Assembly (NCBI GenBank): GCA_002633005.1
Contig: NMRA01000185.1
Coordinates: forward strand, 527,921-591,920
DNA length: 64,000 nt
Direction: 5' to 3'
Origin: Phoronis australis
Lineage: Eukaryota > Animalia > Phoronida
How positions within the stretch are numbered: the first letter of the stretch is position 1; each line of letters begins with the position of its first letter. The position numbers were made by a program, and so were the translations under genes. Of this stretch, positions 27,440 to 39,469 are shown piece by piece. The notes under the pieces were generated by a model. It was not told the DNA's origin. It saw nothing but the letters and a program-made list of their open reading frames with translations, and did no database searches.

Positions 27440-27692
27440 AGGGAGGGGTGGATGGAAGGAAGGGTGGAGTGAGGGAGGGAGTGCGGTAGGAATCGGAAAG
27501 GGGGGGGCAGGGAGTTAGGGATGGTAGGAAGGAGGGAAGGAGGGAAGGAGAGAAGACAATGGAGAAGGAGGGAGGTTGGTAGAGATAAGGAAAGGATTAG
27601 AGTTAGAGGGAGGGAGAAGGGGGAGGGGAGAGAGAAGGGGAAGGGGAGGGAGAAGGGGGAGGGGAGGGAGAGAGAACGGGAGCGGGAGAAAG
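27440..27692 (+). repeat. GA-rich polypurine low-complexity tract
   Basis: Iterated GGGAG/GGAAG/GAGA motifs. These account for the spurious R/E/G-rich and P/L-rich ORFs. Confidence 0.9.
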
Positions 27693-28272
27693 AGCATCAC
27701 ATATTCAAATACTACCTAACTAGGCACCTTTCCAACACTAAAATAACAAATTTGTGGCTGTGTGAATCAATTGCAGTTTTTGCAAACTGCCACAGTCCCA
27801 TCTCCAACTAAGCTCATGGGGAAGGCATACACACAGAAAAGAGCTGCAGAACTGTCATCTAATCTAATGGCATTTGCGATTGCCAATGTGAAGTCAAACT
27901 ATGACTAACTATGCCACTCAATACAATTATTCCAATGGAAACAAAATAGCAATGTATCACAATACCCAGAAAAAGTCAAATGGTAAGAAAACAAAACCAA
28001 AACCATTTTCCAAGCAGAAAAGAAATTTGGCAGTTTACCAAAAATGAGGCTAATCTAATTCCAAACAGGATGTTGTGTTAAAACCTTATAAACTGACCTG
28101 ACCAAACAGTGATAATTAATAATTTTGATAATAACATGTTACTAATGAGAAATTTTTATATTAAGGCACTTCAACCTATAAATATTAAATATACCACCAG
28201 GCTTTTTATCAGCTTGTTTTTTGAGCCATTAAATATCCAGGACAGCACAGAATAACAACTTTGACTTCTCTA

Positions 28273-28286
28273 CCACCAGATGGCAG
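28273..28286 (+). promoter_or_regulatory. CTCF-like motif
   Basis: CCACCAGATGGCAG matches the CTCF core CCASYAGRKGGCRS. Motif match only. Confidence 0.35.
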
Positions 28287-28673
28287 TACCTTACAGACAC
28301 ATCCTAAAGCTTGCACAAACTCAACTGTTGTTTCCCCAGAATATTTCTTCTACACCAAAAGACATATGCTAGAAGCACATCACAGCCCTTTTGCTTGTGA
28401 TAAGTTTTTGTTTTATTTTCTTTTTAAAATTAAAGCTACATTTTACCTTGTTTTGGTGGAATTCAAATATATGCATTTCCAAGAACCAAATAAAACATCA
28501 GTGGATTGCATACAGTAAAAAGAGTTTGCTATCCAGAATCGTGACCCAACTTTTTAAGCAGTGTATCTTAACATTTCTCAGATGCAACACATAAAATGGG
28601 CTGGATACAAAGTTTCTGCAAATGCTTTCATCATTTTGGCACACGAGTATGATAACATTAAAAGGGGCATGGG

Positions 28674-28936
28674 CCCGCGGGGATAACTAATATTGACAAG
28701 GTGCCCGTAGGCATGTACCAAAATTGCTGAGACCCGCCCCTATTGCGGGTGCCAGGACTGCTAATTCCCACTCCCTTTGTGGGGTAGATTTTTCTGCCTC
28801 ATCTCATGAAATGGAAATTTAGGGGCCTATTGGAACCTGCATGGGTCCCTCAAAACTTGCTGAAAAAGTATCGTCTACCCGCAGTTTTTGGTACACACCT
28901 GTGAGCACCTTGTCAATATGAGTGACTCCCTCAGGG
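28674..28936. mobile_element. 263-bp MITE with CCC...GGG ends and probable 6-bp TSD (superfamily unassigned)
   Basis: Imperfect TIR of ~50 bp including ATATTGACAAGGTGC / GCACCTTGTCAATAT. Flanks are CATGGG and CATGAG. Confidence 0.7.
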
Positions 28937-31685
28937 CATGAGCCAAAAGAACTATTTCATGTCTCCTTCAGTAGAGAGCAGGAGCTATATACAATACATG
29001 TTCCTGCCCGAATAAGGCAACGTTCTGCTGAAACTGCCTGAGCTAAAATTCTGATGAGACATAATTCACAAAGACACGAACACTTTTAAGAAAGTTTTGG
29101 CTGTAAAAATTTGGGATGCAGTGAGCCAAGCATGGGTGCTTGAAGGTAAAAATTTGGAATTTCGGGGGTGGGCACGGTCGTTAATCCAGATGAGTATGGT
29201 AGGCCAATGACCATTTATAAATGATAAAACAATATGCACACCATGAAAAGAATCCTACGGTGACACTCCAACCGGTCGAGATTGGGGATTACACCACCGG
29301 TTTGCACATACCATAGAATCTGCCAGTTTAGATCAAAGACACCATGCTGTTGTGGTTAATTAAATTACTCTAGGCTGCTGATGCACACCCTGTTGCAATC
29401 CCTCATAGAGTTGGCCTCACGTAACCAAAATTAACTTAGCACTTTTAAAACCGTCACCTGTGTGAGTTACAACTGATTCCAATCTCGAGGGGAATTTTTC
29501 AATAACTTGAGGGGAAATTTTGAGCCTCATGAGGGGAATTTCGCATGATTTCTCAACAATTTTCAGAGGGGAATGAAATCGATGTTCAGCCCCAAAATTA
29601 AAGGATTGGGGGGCCCTGTTGATACTACATCTTCGTTTCTCCAGATGGCCAGTAAATAACGATAATATTCCGAGAAGCCATGATTAAAAGCAATTTATGA
29701 TTCACAGCAACTGGGATGCCAAATTCACACCGAAGATTCACTCTGAGAATAACTTCCACCTCACAGGGGTATAATCTCTCTTCCTTTGAAATTTCAAGGT
29801 CCATTGTTCAATCATCTAAATCTTAAAACTATTTTATCGGTGTAAAGCACTTTTGTACCCCACAACAGAATTCAAGCAAGAGGTAGCTCAATTATAATAA
29901 TCCATATACGTCAAACTAGTTCAGTGATACATTTGAAGTTTCATATTAAGCTTGAAAAACACATTTTTGGGATAAATGAAATTTCAGCTGCAAGCCTTGC
30001 CACGCTGTTTTGCACAAACAATAAGAACAGAATCTATGAAGTGTATCTGACCATTAAGAATTCAAGACTGGAAATTCCGCACAGCTGTGTTCAGACCAAC
30101 TAAACCTAGTTGTAACTCTTTCTATAGATGTAACTAACACCCATGCACTGTCACCATTCACAGTGACAGTTAAAACACCAAGTTAGTGCAGTGGAGGGCC
30201 ATTGTCTCCATCAAGATTTGACAGCAGCGCCACCTATTGATTTTTTCAACTGCTGTGTTCACACCGAGTTACAATATTTCAACTCCTCTCCCAGAGTGAA
30301 CAGCACAACAGTCATCGAACTGCATAAACACGATGACGACTTCTCATAACAGGTAAATTACCTGTAATTGGTAACATAAGACCACATGCCTGGTTTAATC
30401 GTTAGTACACCACTTAATTGGGCTAGCAACTCCTCACTAACAACTTACAAGAATCTACAATAACAAATGGGTACCATTGTACTATGGAGGTAAAAAATTC
30501 ATAATAATATGCATGCATAAATGTCTGAACACCTCCATATATCATATATTACATCATACACTTGCTGACCACTGACAACACACTGCGATATTTCGTTTAA
30601 TACTTCAACTGTGATCAGAGATCAGACCATTTACTAAACGCAATTATAACTTTTTTCACATTTGTAACTGTTATATAATCGTTAATATTCTCACTGAAAG
30701 TTACTAGTTCATGGTTTTAGTCCCTAGTCGTCAGTGCTATGGCTTTCTGACTCATCTCAATTAGTGCCTCTGACAACAATTGTTTTCATAGATTTGACAA
30801 CAATGCCACCAACAGAGTAATAAGTTTTTCAACTGCCATGTTCACACAGAGCTAACTCTTTCTAAACCACCCTCACAACGGGTTATAATTATGCTACATT
30901 GACTCTTAAAACCAGTTTTAAAGTGTCCACACCACAATTCTAACCTTTAAATTGATTTTGAAAGTTACATAGCAACTGCTTTGGTGTGAACAAGGAATTT
31001 GTTTATGATTACATAATACAACCTGTGGACCACTGTGGAGACATTTTCGTATCAGATTTTGCATACAACTCCCTATATGACAAGTGGACCACTGCCTTCA
31101 AAGTCCTACTTTCTCTGATTTTTTGTACATAACGCTTAGACTTGTGGGGTTCCTATGGTGTGTCACAATGACATTCGGGGTTTGTATGACCTTCTACCTA
31201 CTGTCACTGTTTATTTCACTTCCAACATCTTCACTTTACAAAGTGCCTGAGGAGCAGACATGTGACCTGAAACATAGCTACTGTATTAATTTGTTTGTTT
31301 ATGTCTATTGGCAATTTGCTTTACAACTGCACATACCAAAGATCAGAAACTGTACAAAGAATATGAACAAGTGAACATCAAGCAGTCCAACAAAAAGTAC
31401 AGTCCTGTTTTCAATCACAAAACATTGTAAAAAAATTTGTAAACTTCTGGATCAATGTCAACATACTCCAATGTTTTGTATATGAGGTTATATATGACTT
31501 GTGGGCTATTCGAAACACTACCATTAGTTGAACATAACTAATTCTCTACAATTGATGCTATTTTGACAGCCCTATGGCTCTTAAATTGTTGAATGGAACA
31601 TTTATGGAACGCTCCTGAAGTATGGATATTGTAGACACGTCATGTAAACCATCTACAACATTGCACTAAACCTCCAGTAAAAGTA

Positions 31686-32050
31686 CCAGGAATTTCCAAA
31701 GACCCATCCAAAAGTACACCCATGGGCTTATTTTTAGTAACTGTTGGCATGTTTTCAAATACGTATGCAATATGTTTTGAAGCATAAAATTTTATTTATT
31801 CAGCAAACATTATATTTTGGAGTCGGGATTTCACTCTTGATTATCATTTAGCGAGTTATTGGGTGACTGTTAGTAACTAACCACATTAGCATATTAGCAC
31901 ACTAATGAAGGACAGTTTTAATGACAGTTTCCGAAAATACGTACCCCTTTTCCGAAAACATGCTAGGCATACCATATTCGGTTTCATTTGACATTTTTGA
32001 AAGGTTGCTTTCCAAATATCTATCCACGGCTTATTTTCGGAAATTCCTGT
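31686..32050. mobile_element. TA-flanked MITE (Tc1/mariner superfamily)
   Basis: TA|CCAGGAATTTCC ... GGAAATTCCTGT|TA with CCCATGGGCTTATTTT subterminal motifs. A related copy lies at ~56761-57150. Confidence 0.6.
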
Positions 32051-32532
32051 TAACAGGCAGGTCATACAAAATTACAAGAGTGAAAGGTGATTGGTCACTG
32101 ATGATGGAATTTTGAATTGTGAGATTGAAGGCACTGTTTCCATTCCACAAAGCCAAGATTTTTCATTGGAAATGCAAGCAAGCCAATGTGAAATGCAGCC
32201 CAGATTGCAAAGTAAGACAGGTTATGAGCACTGTGTCACAAAGTTGAAAAATTTGAATTAAACAAAATAATAATGGCTTCACATGGCTACATCACAGATT
32301 TTCCAAAATTCAGTTTTGGCAATCAGCAAGGAACAAGTAAAGGCTTTGAGTACAGGGTAAGAATAACATAACAGTTCTTTAATAGCAGGGAAGCTCTCCG
32401 ATGAGAGTGGTTGGTTGGGACGAAGATGACAGCTTTTTCTCTAAGAACTATCAGGGGGTAGGAAGGCAAAAACCGTAATGTTGTCTCAGATAGGGTTTTT
32501 CATCATTTTGCATCACATAAGGTAACTATTAA

Positions 32533-33086
32533 AGCTGTATTTTGATCTTTTACTCTCATGAAATTGGTCCCATAATGTTCCACAGCACCAGTGAGAATTC
32601 TGTTCCTCAAGTTTCTGTCAAAGCAGACATGCGTTTTTGCAATTTTAGGGTTAGCCAACCCTAAAAACTCTCATTTTCACAATTTCAGGGTTGGCCAACC
32701 CTAAAAACTCTCCCATTTTCACAATTTTAGGGTTGACAAACCCTAAAAGCTTTCCTATTTTCACAATTTTAGGATTAGCTAACCCTAAACTCTCATTTTC
32801 ATAATTTTAGTGTTGGCCAACCTTAAACTCTCCTACTTTCACAATTTTAGGGTTGGCCAACCCTAAAAACTCCCATTTTCGCAATTATACAATGCCGGGT
32901 TGGACAACCCCAATAAATGGTTTCAAATTTTTTGCCAGTGTTTTCTTGAAGCTCAGATGGTTTCAATGTTGTGGCTGGTAACAAAAATAGAATCCTATCA
33001 CACTAAGGAACATTATGAGACTAATTATGTGATAATACCTAATTTGATTTTTGTTTTTAGGCAACAAAATAATGTGAAATGCAGCT
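32533..33086. mobile_element. TTAA-flanked Kolobok-like MITE carrying a minisatellite
   Basis: TTAA|AGCTGTATTT ... AAATGCAGCT|TTAA. The same terminus TTAAAGCTGCATTTC recurs at 57801. Confidence 0.6.
32640..32885. repeat. Minisatellite, ~6 copies of a 38-42-bp unit with a palindromic core
   Basis: Consensus CAATTTTAGGGTTGGCCAACCCTAAAAACTCTCATTTTCA. The core TTTTAGGGTTGGCCAACCCTAAAA is a 24-bp palindrome. Confidence 0.95.
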
Positions 33087-36000
33087 TTAAGCATATTCTC
33101 AGTATGGTATGTCAGCACGTAATTACGGCAGAACACAATATGGCCAACAAGTGAAATTCTATTTCGTCAAATTTCTTCACAAAAATAATAACAAAAATTT
33201 AGTCTTTTACTAACATACCTTGTACTGTATCCTTTTCATAAAACAACATTTAGTACTTTCCACAAGTAGTTGTAGCAAAATCACCTTTCAAAAATGGAAA
33301 ATGGCAAATTTGGCAATTATTTTTGGGCAAAATAAGACGAAATTTACTATATTGTGTTAGTCTGCAATTTCAATGCCACTCGACACAAAAAATAACTCCC
33401 CACCGGCCGTACTACACTTGTAAAAAACAGACATATGGCGTTTCCCATGTATGGAAGAAACACAGGTGCTGCATCTACATGCATACTACACCAGCCCTGA
33501 GGGGGTCTCAAGTTCACAGCACAGGTAAAAAGTTCATCCATGCCTCTTGGGGCATTTTAAAAAATCTAGAGACAACGTGTTTGCCCTTTGGCAGTGTCAC
33601 TGGTGGGTGATAATTTAATTCTAGCTTTTTTACGTGGAACCATCAGTGTAATCAGGTAAACAACTTGTACCTACATATATACCATATACGTCCAGGTTAA
33701 CGCACACCCATGAGATTTCCAAGTATCCACTATCCCGCGACCATTTTCGCCTTCATGGAAACCTCCAATTTATACAACGAAGAAGTGAACTCGCCAATTC
33801 AGAATTTCGGCTCACAAAAAGTACTCAGCTGGAAAAATCACTGTTTCACCTTACCTTATTTGGGCAGGAAAAACCATGCTGATTACTGAAGTAGACACGA
33901 GATGGTTCCTTTGGTTCATGTGCATTCTAATGTTTAAGTGCTGCGTACGTGAGCTACTTAACTTATCTTGTTGATCGTATTTACAGATGTAAAGGTTTTC
34001 AAGCAGTTTTAGGGGAAAAGTAGGAAAAAATAGGACACATTTTCAAAAAAGTAGGAAGAAGTAGGAAATTTGAGCTGAAAATTAGGAAAAAGTAAAAACA
34101 AAACAGGCCCGAAGCCAGCATTGCACGGGGGATGGTACGAATTTCTAGAATGGTGGACCTTTGTCGCTTTGCAAAGGTTGAAACTGTAGTTTTCAGTAAG
34201 GCCCTTGACACAGCTCAATTAGGAGAAAGGAAAACATGTATACACAACTTAAAACTCTCAGCTCTATGATCCGAGATGAGATGGAAGTGAGAATGACGTA
34301 AGGGTAATGTTTGTAAAGAATGGGACTCCTGTTACCTTCAGCCAAAACGTTCATATCAGGCGTGCTTAAAGGATTGATTACACTTCATTACATACTCGGA
34401 TGTAATTTTTAGTCTGAGAATGACTTGATGAAGTTTTTTATGCATGCAAAAGTAAACGATAGATTGGTTATTAGATGCATAAGTGTTGTACCTATACCAA
34501 AAACAACGTCTGAGTACTATTGATTTCATGCGCATACGAAATTGACTGCATGTCTTACAAACACGAAAAAATGAGTACGTTCTTACATTTTTAAAAGGAT
34601 GCCAAACTCAGTTTGGCTTATGGATAGGCACTAAAATGACTTTACCATTCAGTTCTCTGAAACAAAATAATGATTTGTAATCCTTGACAACCCTCAAAAG
34701 TTTTTTGAAAATTTTGAAAACTCCTTTCAGTTTCTAAACGGTCAAGCGTGACCTATGCTTTTTTGCGAATTACAAGGCAACTGTGGGAAGACCATCCACC
34801 AAGGACCATTATTGTCCAAACTGTGACATGGTTTGTATGAATTTTTAATTGATTCCTTCCTAAAAAGGATACCAAGCCCCTTTTATGATGATTTCTACCA
34901 ATCACCTACCAATGAAGGAAAGGGGCTTTCATACTTGAAGGGTCCAAAAGAGGACCCAAAAATCCATTTAAATAAAATTTCCAGAGTAACATCTATTTCA
35001 AGTTTATTTCATTCAAATCACCACTCAAATTAAAATGCTGCAACTTAACATGTGAAATTGTTTCAGGTTATTTAAATTAAGACGCCAATTAATTAACGAC
35101 CAATTAATGATTTACTTAAACTTTTTAGTGCAACGAACACTTTCTTCTAAAAGATAGGTTAGTAACATATCCACAGCTTAAGGCGCGATTTTTCCAGGGG
35201 TTTGCAGATAAGACGGGGATAAGAAGACCCCCAAAAAGGAACGTTTCAATGTCGAAATATTTTTTTCATTGTACTGGGCAGTAAAATAGATGCAACAAAT
35301 TTCCGTCACAATACACCAATTGGAAGCTGAGATTGAAATTTAGGAGGGTGGCGCCTCCACTAGGATATTCCGCAAGAAAATGTTGGTGCGAATCTTGTGG
35401 TCTACAATCTATGATGTAACAGACACATGGTGAGGGCCATAATGTTTCTAAACCCCAAGGCTGTTCACTTAAGAACTCAAGGTTGACAGCTAAACAGGGA
35501 CAAAATGGCGCATAACTACCCAAGAATTGGCGAGTCTTTGCCTCCTTTTGTAAATGGTTGATACTTACAGGATCAGGTGAGCCTAGAACCAGGCCTAAGA
35601 TCGTAATAATAATCCACTTATTCATTGACCAAACCAGCAGTAGCCTGGTAGAACAGCAGTTTAATTGATATAACAGAGAGGTGAATACCACCTGGGGATA
35701 CAGAGAGAACAGGTGTGGTGAGTCTGTCCTTTAAATTGTATGACAAAACACCTGACATCAGATGAGGTACTACACCAGAAGGCTGATATATAAGAATGAA
35801 TACCTTCTAGAACCATTCACTAAAGTGATGAAAAAATAATTAAGACTTTCCGCAATGACAGAAAATGCACACATATTTAACGGAATTTGCCTTCGTTAAT
35901 GGAATTAGAGATTTCAAAAGGAATTTTCTTTTTCGGTAACGGATACCATAATGCTAATATTTTTGGTTCTTAATTACCCAAAATTAAGAATAAAACCCAT

Positions 36001-36301
36001 CAAATTCAGCAATTCTGGACAAAAATCGATTAAGGATCATTTTACAGCAGACACTTTCAAGTGGTTGTCCATTTATTCAGAAGGTGGCTCTATTCTCTTC
36101 CGCTTTGAGAAATCATTAACATGGTGTGCACCAACCCATCAGTAGAGTGGAGCGGCCGCACAATTTAACAGAAAGAGTAAGGCACTATTTTTATGTCGTT
36201 TATCTTTTAAAACAGTAAAATGGAATTTGTTATGTTACATTTCAAAGTTGCTGAAAAAGAATTAGCCTAGTAATGGTGAGCCCATCACATTCTAGGAATA
36301 C

Positions 36302-36878
36302 TGTCAGACGACTTGACTGTGGGTTTGTTTAAAAGGTAGCTATGCTTTGAGATTGTGCATAGATGGAGAGTGAATAATTAAACCCAGTAATTAATTTACT
36401 GTATGACAAGCAAAAATTAGACAAATTAAACCTCTTGTTAATTAAGTAATCAACTACAAAGAAGAGTAACTACGCTAGCGCCCTCTTTATAAAGATTACT
36501 TCCATCAACCAAAATAATCAAATGTCTTATCTGCTATCCGAGCTAGGACTCTCCACTTGTTGGATGACTGTCCTGTTGGTGAATCTTCAAACTACACACA
36601 CTGTATAGCGACAGTGTACTTGCTGGTCACCGTCTCCGGTGATGCAACACTTGCAGGCAATTTCTTCTACCCGCGATTCTTCTTGCTGGTCACAATCTCT
36701 GGCTGGTGACGCAACACTTTACTACCCACGATGCAAGTGACAAGCTCTTAGTTAACTTCCTCTTCATTAACCCTTGCCCTTGCCAAAATCCTTTCTAGAA
36801 TCTTCCACGAGATGGCTCTGTCGTGCAATTTCTTCTGTACACTGTAGCAAGTCTTTATGCTTCAACTACTATAGCTCA
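36302..36878 (-). repeat. Left arm (LTR-like 3' portion, ending ...TGACA on the minus strand)
   Basis: Reverse complement of 38635-39230, roughly 85-90% identical by eye with small indels. Internal direct repeat CTTGCTGGTCAC...GCAACACTT. Confidence 0.88.
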
Positions 36879-37234
36879 TCTTTGTACGTTTCTTTTTTGT
36901 TGTCGATCCCAGCTCTAGCAGATGTTCATCATTGACAAAGCCAACTTCATTGTCCATTTCAGGCTGCAGTGCAGCTATGGCTGCGATGTCAGATCTGCAT
37001 AATCTCTACTTGCAGCCCCACTTTGGTCACGAGATATGTAGAGGTTCAACAGGTTGGCATGGTATGTCTTGGTCTTTCCACCAACCCTTACTCGGTAGTC
37101 CATTTTGTTGAGTTTACCTCGGTCACTTCATAGGGACCCCTCCACAGCAGTAGCAGCTTGTTACTGTCGGTTGGTAACAATATAAAGACTTGGTCTCCTA
37201 CTTTGAAGCAATGATCTCGTGTCTTTTTATCATA
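36879..37234 (-). pseudogene. Frameshifted Ty3/Gypsy integrase C-terminus (GPY/F module) plus acidic linker
   Basis: Minus-strand translation across frameshifts: YDKKTRDHCFKVGDQVFILLPTDSNKLLLLWRGPYEVTE / KLNKMDYRVRVGGKTKTYHANLLNLYISRD / DIAAIAALQPEMDNEVGFVNDEHLLELGS / KETYKD. Confidence 0.9.
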
Positions 37235-38624
37235 CTGTGCTCGCCGTAATAACCGCCAATGCCCCTATAAGCGCTCCCACGCGTTTTCAGACTTTGCTAA
37301 AATAAGCGCCCAGTCCAACTGAGCGTGTAGTGGGAAAAATGCATTACCTACAGTCCTAAAATTCTACAGTAATGTCTTCAATTTATCAATAATATCCGTC
37401 AGCCCTGTAAAAAATCATTGTGTGCAGAATTTGTAGACCACGAGCCTTGCTGCTATGTCGGTATTTAGCCATGACTATACACTTCATACTTCCGCCATGC
37501 CTCAAAACGAAGTTCAGCTGATATTGCGAGGACCAACGGTCTGGTCTTTCAGAACAGAAGTCGTGTACTTGTCTACGGGATTGCTTTGTAGATATTTCCT
37601 GCTTTCAACAGGAATCCAAATTTCTTTGTAGACCTACACGTGAAAACCGCGAATGGAAGACTAATAAAAAGCTTGGCCAGTGTTAAAAGCACGAGGCCAG
37701 GAAGCATGCGCTACATACATGAACCAGAGTGCTCAAAGATACTAGTTGGGAACTAACCATTCATGAAACGTGTAGCATAGCATGGGCAAGAAATGAATAT
37801 TGGCACTAATTTCTGATAGTTTCTAATACTATAAAAAAGGTTTGCGTTATTTTTAAGATGAATTGTTTGATTAGCCATAATTGGTGTTTTTAAGCCAAAT
37901 ATCCGATAAAATGACCACTGACAGTGAATGCTTATCACACCCTCATACACCGAAAAATAACTGTCAGATAGTCACGTATGCCCCATCCAGCCACACGGCG
38001 ACTCATATGGCCTTACCGAGACAAACGTCGAACGTTTTTAGCCACATGAGACAGGCAAGTGCTGAATGAAACACGCTCTGGTTTAGGTCTACTGTTTGTA
38101 CAAATTTCTTTAGATACAATGCACATCTAGCTCGTTAGATTGCGTGGCTCTGGCCAAGACGGTATCTGCTCTGGCAAATGAACTCTGGTGACACACAAAC
38201 GCAGACAACTTCAAAACAAACGTCACGTGACAACAATATGTGCGTTTGTACAGACATTTTTCTCATGTTGCCGATCATACATGTAGATGGCACGATGTAC
38301 TAGCACAGATTTGTACTTAAACCTGCCGTGATCCCGACTCCACGGGAACTTAAAAATCTTAGGGACGCTACTTGGACAACTTAAGGAGGATTTCAGGTAA
38401 TTTGCTTGAGTCGAAACTGTATTTTTATTCAAGTATTCAAGTCGCCATATCGACGATTGCGAGGCAGGCAGTCGGCGAGTTTTTCACCCTGGGATTTCAG
38501 CACAATTTTCTGTAAAATGATCGTAATTTAGCACCACGGTTCTGTAGAAAGTCTTTTCATAGATTACAGATACGTCACAGAGCGTAAATATGATGAATCT
38601 TAGCTTCCGATTTCACCCGTTTCG
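37235..38624 (-). mobile_element. Tc2/pogo-like family copy nested in the integrase remnant, truncated at its other end
   Basis: TA|CTGTGCTCGCCGTAATAACCGCC. Colinear with 13159-14443 and stops at TTTCACCCGTTTCG, before the second TIR. Confidence 0.9.
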
Positions 38625-38634
38625 TTCAACAAGG

Positions 38635-39230
38635 TGAGCTATAGTAGTTGAAGCATAAAGACTTGTTACAGTGTACAGAGGAAATTGTACGACAGAGCCA
38701 TCTGGTGGAAGATTCTAGGAAGGATCTTGGCAAGGGCAAGGGTTAACGAACAGGAAGTTAACTAAGAGCTTGTCACTTGCATCGTGGGTAGTAAGATACT
38801 ACCTGAAGTGTTGCGTCACCAGCCAGAGATTGTGACCAGCAAGAAGATTGTAAATCGCGGGTAGAAGAAACTGCCCGCAAGTGTTGCATCACCAGAGATG
38901 GTGACCAGCAAGTACACTGTCGCTATACAGTGTGTGCAGTTCGAAGATTCACCAACCGGACAGTCATCCAACAGGTGGAGAGTCCCAGCTTGGATAGCAG
39001 ATAGGACATTTGATTATTTTGGTTGATTGATTGAAGTAATCTTTAAAGAGAGCGCTAGCGTAGTTACTCTTCTTTGTAGTTGATTACTTAATCAATAACA
39101 AGTTTCACTTGTCTAATTAGGGGTTATCATATAATAAATTAATTACTGGGTTTGATAATTCACTCTCCATCTACCGCACAGTCTCAAAGCATAGTTACCT
39201 TGTGGCAAACTCACAGTCAATCGTCTGACA
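38635..39230 (+). repeat. Right arm (LTR-like 3' portion, ending ...TGACA on the plus strand)
   Basis: Inverted copy of 36302-36878, with AATAAA at ~39134, about 95 bp before the terminal CA, as in an R/U5 region. Confidence 0.88.
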
Positions 39231-39403
39231 AATACTAAATATTAAAAGTATCCCAATAACAAACAATTACGAGTATATTCTCAGAGAGCTTACACTTTTG
39301 CCCACAAGAGATGCAATTATTTTTCAAAAAAGTTGAGTAAAACCTGAGAGCAAATTTCAGTCTTAAGTCTTAACTCATTCTTTACGTAACTGACTCTTGG
39401 CAG

Positions 39404-39469
39404 CAGCCTTGTTCCTAAGCCTTAAGATGACAATGATCAGCGCCATCTTGAGCTGTGGGGACGAGGCTG
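39404..39469. mobile_element. 66-bp hairpin mini-element (YAG...CTR ends, possibly Academ-like)
   Basis: CAGCCTTGTTCC...AAGATG pairs with CATCTT...GGGACGAGGCTG. Flanks are CAG and CAC. Confidence 0.4.

Larger units (their letters stand above)
36302..39230. mobile_element. Gypsy-derived element with long inverted terminal arms and 5-bp TSD
   Basis: AATAC|TGTCAGACGA ... TCGTCTGACA|AATAC. Arms 36302-36878 and 38635-39230 are reverse complements. Contains an internal integrase remnant and a nested Tc2-like copy. Confidence 0.85.

Noticed and set aside
27515-27811. R/E/G-rich and P/L-rich ORFs
   Set aside because: Translations of a GA low-complexity tract.
32640-32885. CRISPR-like palindromic repeat array or interstitial telomere fusion
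   Set aside because: Units are contiguous with no unique spacers, the context is eukaryotic and there are no cas genes. There are only single TTAGGG hexamers, not telomeric arrays.
36302-39230. DIRS-type or Polinton interpretation of the long inverted repeats
   Set aside because: DIRS elements lack TSDs and DDE integrase. Polintons have AG...CT ends and a 6-bp TSD. Here the ends are TG...CA with a 5-bp TSD and a Gypsy GPY/F integrase tail.
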